Assembly (NCBI GenBank): GCA_041497195.1
Contig: JBGQGB010000003.1
Location: 20,260-84,259, forward strand
Source of the DNA: Candidatus Doudnabacteria bacterium
GTDB lineage: Bacteria; Patescibacteriota; Doudnabacteria; UBA920; 2-01-FULL-46-14
Direction of reading: 5' to 3'
Length of the DNA stretch: 64,000 nt
The position numbers and the translations under genes were made by a program. The notes under the pieces were generated by a model. It made no database searches. It worked only from the letters and a program-made list of their open reading frames with translations, and was not told the DNA's origin. Below are positions 38,963 to 48,434 of the stretch, one piece after another. The number at the start of each line of letters is the position of its first letter. Positions within the stretch are counted from its first letter, which is position 1.

Positions 38963-40327
38963 GTGGACTCTATCAAACAAATTTGGCAGGCAGTATTAGG
39001 AAATTTAGAAATTTCCTTGTCCAAGGCTAGTTTCACAACATGGTTTAAAAACACCACGATCCTAGATCAAAGCAACGATAAAATTATCATTGGGGTCCCC
39101 AACGCTTTCACCAAGGAATGGCTAATGAACAAATTTCACCAGGAAATTCTCCGCGCCATTCGCTCAGTTAACCCAGAAGTCAAGCAAATTGAATATCAAA
39201 TCACCACAGCTTATGCGCCGCGGCTCGCGGAACTGGCAAAAACAAACTCTGTTGCACCGGCAGTTGAACGCTCAGCCCCACTTTCCCGCGCTTCCACCCT
39301 AAACTCTGGTTTAAATCCAAAATATACTTTCCAAACTTTCATCGTCGGCAGCAACAATGAACTAGCGGCGGCGGCCGCCTCTGCTGTCGCCAAAAATCCA
39401 GGGAAATCATACAACCCCCTGTTTATCTATGGGGGGGTTGGCTTGGGGAAGACTCACCTCATGCAGGCCATTGGGAACGAATTTGTGTTCAACAATCCGG
39501 AAAAACGGGTTTTGTACGTAACCTCAGAAAAATTTACGAACGAATTCATTCAGGCGGTACGTTACGACAAAGGTGAAAATTTTACAAATTTATACCGGAA
39601 TGTAGATATTCTGCTCATTGACGACATCCAATTTTTGGCGGGTAAAGAGGGTACGCAAGAAGAATTTTTCCACACCTTTAACAGCTTGCATCAATCAAAC
39701 AAACAAATCGTTCTATCCTCGGACCGCTTGCCCAAAGATATTCCTGCCATTGAGGAACGACTAGTCTCAAGATTCGAGTGGGGAATGATCGCCGACGTCC
39801 AAGCGCCAGATTTTGAAACTCGTCTGGCAATTCTGCGTTCGAAAGCAAAAGAACGGGAATATCAAATTGACCCTGCGGTCCTCGATTATATTGCCCAAAC
39901 CGTGGAATCAAACATCCGGGAACTGGAAGGCTCGCTTAACCGACTAATGGTTTTCTGCCAACTGAACAATACCCCACCGACGCTGGACAAGGTCAAAAAC
40001 GCTTTATCTAATATAATCTTTTCCCCTAAAAAACGGGTGGTTTCGGCAAAAAAAATTATGGAGGTGGTGGCGGATTTTTACAATGTCTCTCTGGACGATC
40101 TCATCAGACAATCTAGAAAAAAAGAATACGTCACCCCCCGTCAGATCGCCATGTATATTATCCGCAAAGAACTGGAAACCAGCCTCCCGATGATTGGGGA
40201 AATTTTCGGCGGGCGGGACCATACAACCGTCATACACGCGGTCGACAAGATTCAAAGGTTAACAAAAGACAAAGAGTCTCTCAAGCAGGAAATTAGCCTA
40301 ATTAGCAACCGTATTTATATGGATTAA
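38963..40327 (+). CDS. dnaA: chromosomal replication initiator DnaA
   Basis: 454 aa. AAA+ Walker A GGVGLGKTHL and C-terminal DNA-binding domain. GTG start. Confidence 0.96.
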   Translation: MDSIKQIWQAVLGNLEISLSKASFTTWFKNTTILDQSNDKIIIGVPNAFTKEWLMNKFHQEILRAIRSVNPEVKQIEYQITTAYAPRLAELAKTNSVAPAVERSAPLSRASTLNSGLNPKYTFQTFIVGSNNELAAAAASAVAKNPGKSYNPLFIYGGVGLGKTHLMQAIGNEFVFNNPEKRVLYVTSEKFTNEFIQAVRYDKGENFTNLYRNVDILLIDDIQFLAGKEGTQEEFFHTFNSLHQSNKQIVLSSDRLPKDIPAIEERLVSRFEWGMIADVQAPDFETRLAILRSKAKEREYQIDPAVLDYIAQTVESNIRELEGSLNRLMVFCQLNNTPPTLDKVKNALSNIIFSPKKRVVSAKKIMEVVADFYNVSLDDLIRQSRKKEYVTPRQIAMYIIRKELETSLPMIGEIFGGRDHTTVIHAVDKIQRLTKDKESLKQEISLISNRIYMD

Positions 40328-40524
40328 CTGTGGAGGGGTAGGGGAAAAGTATCCCCGCCTTTCTTTTTTAGCTTTCCCCTCAACACCTTCCCCCCACCCA
40401 AGTTACAACTTATAATTTCAGGGATTGTTTTTTTCCCCCACCCACTCTCAAAATTCTTCATTCCCCACATTTCCCCAGTCCCTACTATTACTACTAAATC
40501 TTTAATTAAAAAGAACCTATACTT
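40328..40524. other. dnaA-dnaN intergenic region: dnaA terminator hairpin plus C-rich CCCCACCC repeats and an AT-rich tract (second candidate oriC segment)
   Basis: GGGGAAAAGTATCCCC hairpin followed by a T-run. Repeats TTCCCCCCACCCA, TTTCCCCCACCCA, TTCCCCACA and TTTCCCCAG. AT-rich 40 bp immediately before dnaN. Confidence 0.35.
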
Positions 40525-41619
40525 ATGAAGTTTGTGTGTAAAAAGAAAAATCTAAGCGACGGCCTAGTAATAGCTACTAAAGTAATCAGTGGGGGGAATA
40601 CCCTGCCAATTTTAAACAACATCCTCCTCAAAACCGACAAGGGCCGGTTGAAAATTTCTAGTACTAATCTGGAGCTGGCAATAAACACCTGGGTGGGGGG
40701 GAAAATCGAAGAAGAGGGAGAAATAACTGTCCCTGCCCGCCTCGCTAACGACCACATTAATAATCTTTTAGCGGACAAACTAGAGATTTCAACGGAAAAA
40801 CAAACCCTGTTTGTCAAAGGGGAAAACGCGGAGACCCACATCAAAGGTTTACCGGCCGAAGAATTTCCCCTTATCCCCGAGATTGGGGACGCACTACTCG
40901 CGAAGATTGAGGGCAAGGAGTTGCAGCGAGCTATCGGAGAAGTGGGTTTTGCCGCTGCATTTTCAGAGACCCAACCGGAGATTTCTGGGGTACTGTTTAA
41001 TTTTGAAGGGAAAACCCTGACCCTAGCAGCAACAGATCGTTACCGTCTGGCTGAGGCTAAAGTAAACCTTGCCGAAGCAGCAGCTGCCTCAAAACAAATT
41101 ATTATCCCGGCCAGGGCGGTCAATGAAATTAGTAGAAGCCTTGGTTCGGGGCCGGTCGAAGTTTACCTCAAGGAGGGGCAGGTTTGTTTTCGCAACCTCG
41201 ATACCGAGCTTATCTCCAGGTTAATTGAAGGACAGTATCCAGACTACAAACAAATAATCCCCCAGAATTATACTACGCAGGCGGAAATCGAACGTGTTCT
41301 ATTTATTCAAAGTCTGAAAGCGGCGAGTGTGTTTGCCACAGAAAATTATAATATTGAGTTGGAGCTCACTCCCCAAACCAAGCACGTCGTGATGAAATCC
41401 CAGTCGGCCCAGGCAGGTGATAGTGAAATCCACATTCCTGCAGAAGTCTCCGGCCAGAAGAACTCAATCATTTTCAATTATCGGTATCTTTTGGATTGCC
41501 TGAATAATCTTTCTGATGAAAAAATTAGCCTGCGGATGATAAGCCCGGCGTCCCCCGCCGCGATTGTACCAGCGAAGCGAGAGGACTTTTTGTACATCGT
41601 CATGCCGATTAAGATTTAG
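40525..41619 (+). CDS. dnaN: DNA polymerase III subunit beta
   Basis: 364 aa sliding-clamp three-domain protein downstream of dnaA. Confidence 0.93.
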   Translation: MKFVCKKKNLSDGLVIATKVISGGNTLPILNNILLKTDKGRLKISSTNLELAINTWVGGKIEEEGEITVPARLANDHINNLLADKLEISTEKQTLFVKGENAETHIKGLPAEEFPLIPEIGDALLAKIEGKELQRAIGEVGFAAAFSETQPEISGVLFNFEGKTLTLAATDRYRLAEAKVNLAEAAAASKQIIIPARAVNEISRSLGSGPVEVYLKEGQVCFRNLDTELISRLIEGQYPDYKQIIPQNYTTQAEIERVLFIQSLKAASVFATENYNIELELTPQTKHVVMKSQSAQAGDSEIHIPAEVSGQKNSIIFNYRYLLDCLNNLSDEKISLRMISPASPAAIVPAKREDFLYIVMPIKI

Positions 41620-41622
41620 GCG

Positions 41623-42711
41623 ATGTACGTCGAGCGCGCAAGTTTTGAAAATTTTCGTAATCTCAAAAGCCTTGATTTGGTACTGAATCAAGGCTTTGTA
41701 GTTTTAACAGGGGATAACGGCGCAGGGAAAACCAATTTTTTAGAAGCCGTCTATTTAGCCGCCACCTTTCGTCGTTTTCCAGACTCGGACATTAGTCAGC
41801 TGTTCCAAGCTGGCCAGGATTTTTTTCGGCTGCGGCTGCGGACTCACAACAGCGAGCAAACAGAAATGGAGTTGTTTATGCAGAAGCAAAAAGATAAACA
41901 CATGGCAAGATTTAAGGTCAATAATCAAGAAATATCGCGGCCCCAGTACGCCAGGTACCTCTCGGTGATAAGTTTTTTACCGCAAGATCTAATGCTGTTG
42001 ACGCGCTCCCCAGGCGGAAGGAGGAGATATTTAAATGAAGCCTTGGCCAACACTTCCGTTGAATATAGGCATGCTAGCCTGCAGTACGAAAAAAGTTTGC
42101 AACAAAGAAATGAGCTTTGGCAGAAAATTAAAATTGGTCAAGCGGCGAGAGGGGATCTTGAAATTTGGGACGAGAAACTCGCCGAGTTTGGCAGCCAGAT
42201 TTGCAGACACCGAAAAGAGTTTTTGGATTATCTCAACACGCACTTGCCTGGGGTACTGACAGCACTCTCCCCCGATCTGATCGGGACTAAGTTCGTTTAT
42301 TCTATGTCAGGGAGCCTTGACCAAAATGAATTTTTAAAGACATTGCAGTCCTTGCGTATGGCCGAACAGGAACGGGGAATTACTCTTTGCGGGCCGCACA
42401 GAGACGATTTTTATGCCGAGATTAATGGACGCCGCGCTACCGGTTTCGTCTCGCGCGGACAAATGCGAAGCATCAGCTTGGCCTTGAAGATTTTAGAGAA
42501 GCAGTTTTTGACAGAGAAGTCCGGCCAAGCTCCTCTCATGCTCCTTGATGACGTTTTTTCGGAATTTGACCGGGCTCATCAGAAGCGCCTGGTCGATTTT
42601 TTACTAAGTTTCGAGCAAGTTTTTATCAGCACCACCCACGCAGAAGAGATAAAGGAGTATCTCCCCGTAGGGGTCACCCTTTTTAAAGTAGAATCAGGAA
42701 AGGTGACGTAA
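41623..42711 (+). CDS. recF: DNA replication and repair protein RecF
   Basis: 362 aa. Walker A GDNGAGKTN and SMC-like signature. Confidence 0.93.
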   Translation: MYVERASFENFRNLKSLDLVLNQGFVVLTGDNGAGKTNFLEAVYLAATFRRFPDSDISQLFQAGQDFFRLRLRTHNSEQTEMELFMQKQKDKHMARFKVNNQEISRPQYARYLSVISFLPQDLMLLTRSPGGRRRYLNEALANTSVEYRHASLQYEKSLQQRNELWQKIKIGQAARGDLEIWDEKLAEFGSQICRHRKEFLDYLNTHLPGVLTALSPDLIGTKFVYSMSGSLDQNEFLKTLQSLRMAEQERGITLCGPHRDDFYAEINGRRATGFVSRGQMRSISLALKILEKQFLTEKSGQAPLMLLDDVFSEFDRAHQKRLVDFLLSFEQVFISTTHAEEIKEYLPVGVTLFKVESGKVT

Positions 42712-42718
42712 TAAAATC

Positions 42719-43009
42719 ATGGCGGAAAAACTTGTAAATATCTTGAGCGACAAATTTCGCCGGAAGGATGAACTTTCCAAACAGTTACAGATTGTGAAAG
42801 TCCTCGATCTTTATAAGTTGGAACTAAGCAAACTCCACCCCCTGGATCGAGAGATTAGGCCGCTTAGTTTGAAAAATGGAGTATTGACTGTGAAGGCCCC
42901 GAGCTCGGTGGCGGCGCATCAACTGCGATTGCACGAGGCCGAGTGGCTGGCCAAAATAAACCACAATTTAGGAGGAACAATCGTGAAAAGAGTGAGCTAC
43001 CGATTTTAG
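42719..43009 (+). CDS. DUF721 / DciA-like protein
   Basis: 96 aa. Occupies the conserved position after recF. Confidence 0.6.
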   Translation: MAEKLVNILSDKFRRKDELSKQLQIVKVLDLYKLELSKLHPLDREIRPLSLKNGVLTVKAPSSVAAHQLRLHEAEWLAKINHNLGGTIVKRVSYRF

Positions 43010-44085
43010 TTTTTTTGCAGAAGAGTATCAAAGCGAGCAAACATTTTGGCTTGGGTGAAGCGACTACCGAGGTGGGCTGCCGCTTTTCCCATTTCTTTTC
43101 GATAGCTGGGGTTAGCGAGTATTCTCAAATATTCCAGCCACTCCCCTGGTTTGCCAGGGCCCACGAGGAAGCCGTTTTTTTTGTGTAAAATAATTTCCGG
43201 CAGCGCCCCGATGTTGCTGGCGATAACCGGGACACCGAAGGCCTGGGCCTGGGCCGTGGCCAGCCCAAATGACTCGGCCACTTTGCTCGGGTAGGCCAGA
43301 ACGCTGATTAGTGAGAAAAATTCAGCAAGCCCAGGAACAAAGCCTAGCAACTCCACTTGTTTTCCCCCTATCAGTTTTTTAATCCTTAATTGCTCGGGCC
43401 CGACCCCAGCAATAAGTATTTTCCATTCTGGATGCGCTTTCAGAGCAGGCAGTAATTCCAGCAGCAGCTCATATATGCCTTTTTCAGGAGCGAGGCGCGA
43501 GAGGATCCCCACAGTTAATCCTGGCAAAACCTCGGAATTTTTCGGGGACTCCTCGACCCCAGGATAAATAGTGTAAAGGTTGTCATTTTTTATGCCCAGC
43601 TTGATAAATTCTTCTCTGGCGAATTTTGATACAGTTATAAGTTTAGCCTGTTGGGCCAGATAGCGGTAGCGGGGCAACAAAGGGTTATGTTTTAGCCAAG
43701 TTCCCGGGACTTTATGCTCCAGCCAAAAAATTTTTCCTCCCTTCTTCTTGGCAATGTGGGTAAAAAGTAGTTTTTCAGTAAGGCTTTGGAAAAAAAATGC
43801 ACTATCTGCCGGAACAGACTCGAAGAGCCTGTGCAATTTCAGTTTTGCCGCCAAATATGTCAGCGGCCACCCAACCAGAGCAGCACCGCTGGTCGGTTCC
43901 CAGCCGATAAAGATTCTTTTACGGGGCAAGTCGGCTTGTTCAAATAGCCGAAAGAGGTTGCCGTCAGAGCTTACCAGTTGCACCGAGTGTCCCTGGGATT
44001 GAAAATGTTTGGCCAGGGTCAGTGTCTGAAACTCGGCTCCCCCCAAGGAGGGTTCTAGCGGAAACTTGAAAAAGAAAATCTTCAT
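43006..44085 (-). CDS. glycosyltransferase family 4
   Basis: 359 aa. GT-B fold with a C-terminal EX7E-like motif (ESFGLATAQAQAFGVPVIASNIGALPE). Confidence 0.8.
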   Translation of the reverse strand: MKIFFFKFPLEPSLGGAEFQTLTLAKHFQSQGHSVQLVSSDGNLFRLFEQADLPRKRIFIGWEPTSGAALVGWPLTYLAAKLKLHRLFESVPADSAFFFQSLTEKLLFTHIAKKKGGKIFWLEHKVPGTWLKHNPLLPRYRYLAQQAKLITVSKFAREEFIKLGIKNDNLYTIYPGVEESPKNSEVLPGLTVGILSRLAPEKGIYELLLELLPALKAHPEWKILIAGVGPEQLRIKKLIGGKQVELLGFVPGLAEFFSLISVLAYPSKVAESFGLATAQAQAFGVPVIASNIGALPEIILHKKNGFLVGPGKPGEWLEYLRILANPSYRKEMGKAAAHLGSRFTQAKMFARFDTLLQKN

Positions 44086-45497
44086 TCCCGAAAAATAACC
44101 TCATTGATAAATTGTGCCGGCACGGCCTTGAAAAGAATCAGCGCCCCTGTATAGATCATGCAACCGAGTATGATTTCTGGAATCCAGGGGAGCTTGACGA
44201 GCCAGTAGAATAAAAGAAGAATGGCAATTCCTGGAGAAGCGGGAACTAAAATCCGCAGAGAAATTTTTTGTCCGCTTCCCTGCCGGACGAGATAATAGGC
44301 GAAGCTTGCGACCGTAATCTCGGTGACAACCGTGCCGATAGCCGCTCCCCAATAGCTGAATTTTGGGATGAGAGCAAAGTATAGAATCAATCCGACCACG
44401 GCCCCCAGCAAGTAGCCTTTTATCATTTCTTTTTGTTTGTTGATTGCCACGACCGCATAGCCGAACAACGTTCCCATAAAAATCGTTCCAGCCGCAAAAA
44501 TCAAGATTTGCAACAGCCGCGGCGAGTCATAATAATTTTGTTGGCCTTTCAATAAATCCACGATTTGGCGAGCAAAAAAAAGTGTCGTGATGACCATTAG
44601 AATATCGATGAGCAATAGAGCGTCGAACGAGCGCTGCAAATAGCGACGGAAACGGTCCCAGGTGGCGAAGGCGTGATAAGACAGGAGCGGCATAACAAGG
44701 CCGACAAACATTGCCGGGAACGCCAAAAGAGTTTCCAAAATTTTGTAAGGCAGGCTATAAATACCCACGGCTTCTTGTGAGTGGAAAATAGAGAGGATGA
44801 TAGTATCGGTTTTGAAATAGACGAGGTTTAAAATTACGGAAAATGCCAAAGGCCAGGACAGGTATAAAATCTTTTTCCACTCTTTGAGATCAAAAGCGAT
44901 GCCAAATTTTTCATAACGCTTGGCCAAGAAAAAAGTCAGAAAGAAGTTTACCCCATTGCCTAAGACCAGTGCCAGAATGAAATATGGCAAAGATAAATTT
45001 CGGCGAATAAAAAGATAGACCAGCAAGAGGTTCACCGCTCGCCCGGTTCCTTCAGTAATGACCACCAAATGCTGAACCAAATGTTTTTGAAAGATGCCGA
45101 CAAACACCTGGTTGACCGAGGTGAATACATAGGCAGCGATTCCAATAAACATGGCCTCTTTTACAATCGGGTCATATGGGAAAAGCAGGGACGCAAATGC
45201 GCCAATACAAAGAGTAGCAATTGCCCCGACCAGTCGCAGTCCGAAAGAGTTGCTCAAGATTTTTTCCGTATCAGCGCCTGGCCTGGAAATTTCCCGCACT
45301 ACATACAGATAGAGGCCCAGGTCAGCCATCACTGAGAACAGGCTCAAAAATGCTATCACCGTGGAATACCCCCCGAATCCTTTCTCCCTGAGATATTGGG
45401 TCAGCAGGCTGATAGTAGTGAGTCCAATGGCGACCGCCAAAACCTTGCCGAGGGTTTGGACCAGCGTGTTGTAAAAAATACGACGGCTCAACGACAT
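44082..45497 (-). CDS. polysaccharide/oligosaccharide flippase (Wzx/MOP superfamily)
   Basis: 471 aa with about 12-14 TM segments. 4-bp overlaps with neighbouring glycosylation genes. Confidence 0.75.
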   Translation of the reverse strand: MSLSRRIFYNTLVQTLGKVLAVAIGLTTISLLTQYLREKGFGGYSTVIAFLSLFSVMADLGLYLYVVREISRPGADTEKILSNSFGLRLVGAIATLCIGAFASLLFPYDPIVKEAMFIGIAAYVFTSVNQVFVGIFQKHLVQHLVVITEGTGRAVNLLLVYLFIRRNLSLPYFILALVLGNGVNFFLTFFLAKRYEKFGIAFDLKEWKKILYLSWPLAFSVILNLVYFKTDTIILSIFHSQEAVGIYSLPYKILETLLAFPAMFVGLVMPLLSYHAFATWDRFRRYLQRSFDALLLIDILMVITTLFFARQIVDLLKGQQNYYDSPRLLQILIFAAGTIFMGTLFGYAVVAINKQKEMIKGYLLGAVVGLILYFALIPKFSYWGAAIGTVVTEITVASFAYYLVRQGSGQKISLRILVPASPGIAILLLFYWLVKLPWIPEIILGCMIYTGALILFKAVPAQFINEVIFRE

Positions 45498-45507
45498 CGG
45501 AGGTGAA

Positions 45508-46584
45508 TTAGAGGAACCTGTTTAATTTTTTATTTTGGCCCAGTTTCGCAAGAAATTTTTTCAGTTCCAAAGCCGCGTCCTTTTGGGCAACCAAGAGCAC
45601 ATCTTCGGTGTCCACGACCACAGTACCCTGCAACCCCAGGGTTGCGATCAGTTTGTGGGAGTTGCTCTCATAAAGAAAATTATCATCAGACTTTGTTGCA
45701 GCGACGAGCCCGTAGGTCAGATTTCGTCCCGGTTTGGCAAAAATCTCTTTGAAGCTTTGATAAGTGCCGATATCAGCCCAGGTAAAATTTGCAGGGATCA
45801 CAATTTTTGTGGGAGTTTTTTCCAGGATAGCAGTTTCGATCTCCTCGGCATGCAGGCGCGGATAAATTTTGTTTATGGTTTTTTGTAATGCCGGGCTCGA
45901 ACTGGCCCGGCCGATTTTTTGAAGTAGTCGGGCATTGAAAAAGCTGTATTTTTCGTATAATCCGAGTAAATATTTGGCATCCCAAACAAATATGCCCGGA
46001 TTCCAGAGGAAATTTCGTTTCACTAGTTTTTTAGCCGTTGCCAGCTTTGGTTTTTCGACAAAACTTTTGGAGAGGTAATAATCATGTCCCTTGATTCGTC
46101 CTAAGCGTTTGCCGGTTTCAATGTAGCCTAGTGTGGTTGCCGGGTACCGCGGTTTTATCCCGATTAGGGTGGTGAAGTCACGATGTTTTTTTACGACTGC
46201 TTCCGCTGCTCGCAGGGCTTTGAGGTACAATGATTCTTGGGGGATGTATTGGTCAGCCCAGACTGTAGCCAATATTTCCCCGGGGTGTCTGGAGTTGATG
46301 ATGGTGGCGGCAAGGCCGATGGCGGGGCCACGATCCCGGCGCACCGGTTCGATAATATAGTTTTGTTTGGGTATGCCGTGGCTTTGGGTGCGGACCGCGG
46401 TAGAGTATTTGGCCAGGGTTGATACGTAAATATCGCGATTAGAAAAACCCTTTCTGAGACGAATGAGGGTTTTTTCCAGGAGAGTTTGACCATCAAACAG
46501 CGAATTGATTTGTTTCGGGTTGGACTTGCGGGAGAGAGGCCACAGTCTAGTACCCTCGCCCCCGGCCATAAGCAGAATTTTCAT
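45508..46584 (-). CDS. mannose-1-phosphate guanylyltransferase (nucleotidyltransferase)
   Basis: 358 aa. MKILLMAGGEGTRLWPLS nucleotidyltransferase N-terminus. Confidence 0.8.
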   Translation of the reverse strand: MKILLMAGGEGTRLWPLSRKSNPKQINSLFDGQTLLEKTLIRLRKGFSNRDIYVSTLAKYSTAVRTQSHGIPKQNYIIEPVRRDRGPAIGLAATIINSRHPGEILATVWADQYIPQESLYLKALRAAEAVVKKHRDFTTLIGIKPRYPATTLGYIETGKRLGRIKGHDYYLSKSFVEKPKLATAKKLVKRNFLWNPGIFVWDAKYLLGLYEKYSFFNARLLQKIGRASSSPALQKTINKIYPRLHAEEIETAILEKTPTKIVIPANFTWADIGTYQSFKEIFAKPGRNLTYGLVAATKSDDNFLYESNSHKLIATLGLQGTVVVDTEDVLLVAQKDAALELKKFLAKLGQNKKLNRFL

Positions 46585-46602
46585 GATTGTTTGACCTTTG
46601 GT

Positions 46603-47166
46603 TTAGACTCCACCAGAAGTTTGTCCAGCTTTGTCTATTTGTTCGTACAAATCGAGAATCAACTTGGCAACTTGCTGGGGATTGGGAACTCGGTCAAACT
46701 CAAAACGGTCAGTTTCTGCTGCGGTTTGTACATATACGTTCCCAAAATTAAGGAAGTTTCCGAGTACGCCTTTTATTTCCGCGGTAACGTCCTGAGTGCG
46801 GCTAAGATGAAATTCCGCGGTAGTGTGATTGAGAAGGTTTTTTTGGGACACATCGACAATCCGCTCATTCGTAATTATTTGGTAATTTAAGTAATACAGA
46901 ATCCAGATGGAAAACAGGGCCGCGATCAAGAACATCAAGTATACGCTGCGAATGATAGCCAAAATTTCCGAGTATGGCGCGATTTGTAAGGTTGGAAACA
47001 TCGGGACCAAATATCCGTCAATCCCCAAAAGCAAAGCCGCAAATAAGAGCCAGACTAAAATTTGTTTGGCTAGCACAATCCAGTGTCGTCTGATGATCAG
47101 GTAAATTTTTTCATCAGGTTGCTGTCCTGGAAAAAGAGGGCGGACTCGGTTCGTAGTTCCGTTCAT
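46603..47166 (-). CDS. bacterial PH-domain (bPH_2/YdbS-like) membrane protein
   Basis: 187 aa. Two N-terminal TM helices followed by a bPH_2-like domain. Confidence 0.55.
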   Translation of the reverse strand: MNGTTNRVRPLFPGQQPDEKIYLIIRRHWIVLAKQILVWLLFAALLLGIDGYLVPMFPTLQIAPYSEILAIIRSVYLMFLIAALFSIWILYYLNYQIITNERIVDVSQKNLLNHTTAEFHLSRTQDVTAEIKGVLGNFLNFGNVYVQTAAETDRFEFDRVPNPQQVAKLILDLYEQIDKAGQTSGGV

Positions 47167-47372
47167 AGATTTGGGAAAGAAATAAGGTCGAAATTTGCCA
47201 CTGCCGCTGAGTAGAGGCCGATGATGATGATCAGGTAAAAAATCGAGATAATCATGCCCAAAATTCTCGATTGGCCGAAACGTATCAGGACGTAGATCAT
47301 TATGGCGCTGTAGAGGCCAATGAAAGCCGCCAGCAGGAAAAAAATAATTTGAGCTATTAGTTTAATGGTCAT
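47163..47372 (-). CDS. small predicted membrane protein, hypothetical
   Basis: 69 aa with two TM segments. 4-bp overlap with the downstream PH-domain gene. Confidence 0.35.
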   Translation of the reverse strand: MTIKLIAQIIFFLLAAFIGLYSAIMIYVLIRFGQSRILGMIISIFYLIIIIGLYSAAVANFDLISFPNL

Positions 47373-47375
47373 TGT

Positions 47376-48434
47376 TTATAAAAGTTTGGGAGCAGAAGAT
47401 TTAGGGGCGATCCCGAGATGTTCATAAGCTTTGGCAGTGGCGACGCGGCCCTTCGGGGTGCGCTCCAAAAACCCCAAACGCATCAGGTAAGGCTCATAGA
47501 TATCTTCAATCGTATCTTCTTCTTCACTGGTTGCGGCTGCGAGAGAATTGATTCCGACCGGCCCGCCCTGGAATTTTTCGATAAGCGTCAGCAGAAAATG
47601 CCGATCGTTCCGGTCAAGACCCAAGGCGTCCACCTCCAAGAGGTTGAGGGCATCTTTGGCAAAGCTAGCCGTGATGTTTCCATCACCCTTGACCTGGGCA
47701 TAATCCCTGACCCGCCGCAGCAAGCGGTTGGCGATGCGCGGCGTCCGTCTGGCCCGCTCAGCAATTTTTTTTATCCCTTCCCGGTCAATAGGAATATCCA
47801 GAATTTTGGCGGAACGTTGCACGATTTGTTCGATTTCCCCCGGTTCATAGTAGTCCAGACGCAAGGTTATCCCGAAACGATCCCGCAGTGGTGCCGAGAC
47901 CATACCAATTCGGGTAGTGGCGCCAATGATGGTAAAATGCGGGAGGTCGAGGCGGACCGAGCGCGCGCCGGGTCCCTTGCCCAAGATGATATCAAAGCGG
48001 AAATCTTCCATGGCCGGGTATAGGATTTCTTCGACTGCCCGCGGCAACCGGTGCACTTCGTCTATAAATAAGACGTCGTTGTTCTCGAGGTTAGTAATGA
48101 GACTAGCCAAATCGCCGGCCCGCTCGATGGCCGGTCCTGACGTCACTTTGATGGATACTCCCATTTCGTTTGCGAGCACATGGGCCAGAGTAGTTTTGCC
48201 CAAGCCTGGCGAGCCGTAAACCAAGACGTGCTCCATCGGTTCTTTGCGTTTTTTCGTGGCGGCCAAAAAAATGCGCAAATGCTCTTTGATCTTTTCTTGG
48301 CCAATATACTCGGTGAGTGTTTTTGGCCGCAAGGTCAGATCCAGATCTTTTTCATCTGTCACTTTTTTGTCTTCCTCGATTCGCTCTTTTGGCTTGGAGG
48401 TCTTATTGATCATACGTACTCTAGAGTTTATCAA
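47376..48434 (-). CDS. ruvB: Holliday junction branch migration helicase RuvB
   Basis: 352 aa. AAA+ Walker [12 protein letters not shown] and winged-helix C-terminus. Confidence 0.95.
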   Translation of the reverse strand: MINSRVRMINKTSKPKERIEEDKKVTDEKDLDLTLRPKTLTEYIGQEKIKEHLRIFLAATKKRKEPMEHVLVYGSPGLGKTTLAHVLANEMGVSIKVTSGPAIERAGDLASLITNLENNDVLFIDEVHRLPRAVEEILYPAMEDFRFDIILGKGPGARSVRLDLPHFTIIGATTRIGMVSAPLRDRFGITLRLDYYEPGEIEQIVQRSAKILDIPIDREGIKKIAERARRTPRIANRLLRRVRDYAQVKGDGNITASFAKDALNLLEVDALGLDRNDRHFLLTLIEKFQGGPVGINSLAAATSEEEDTIEDIYEPYLMRLGFLERTPKGRVATAKAYEHLGIAPKSSAPKLL

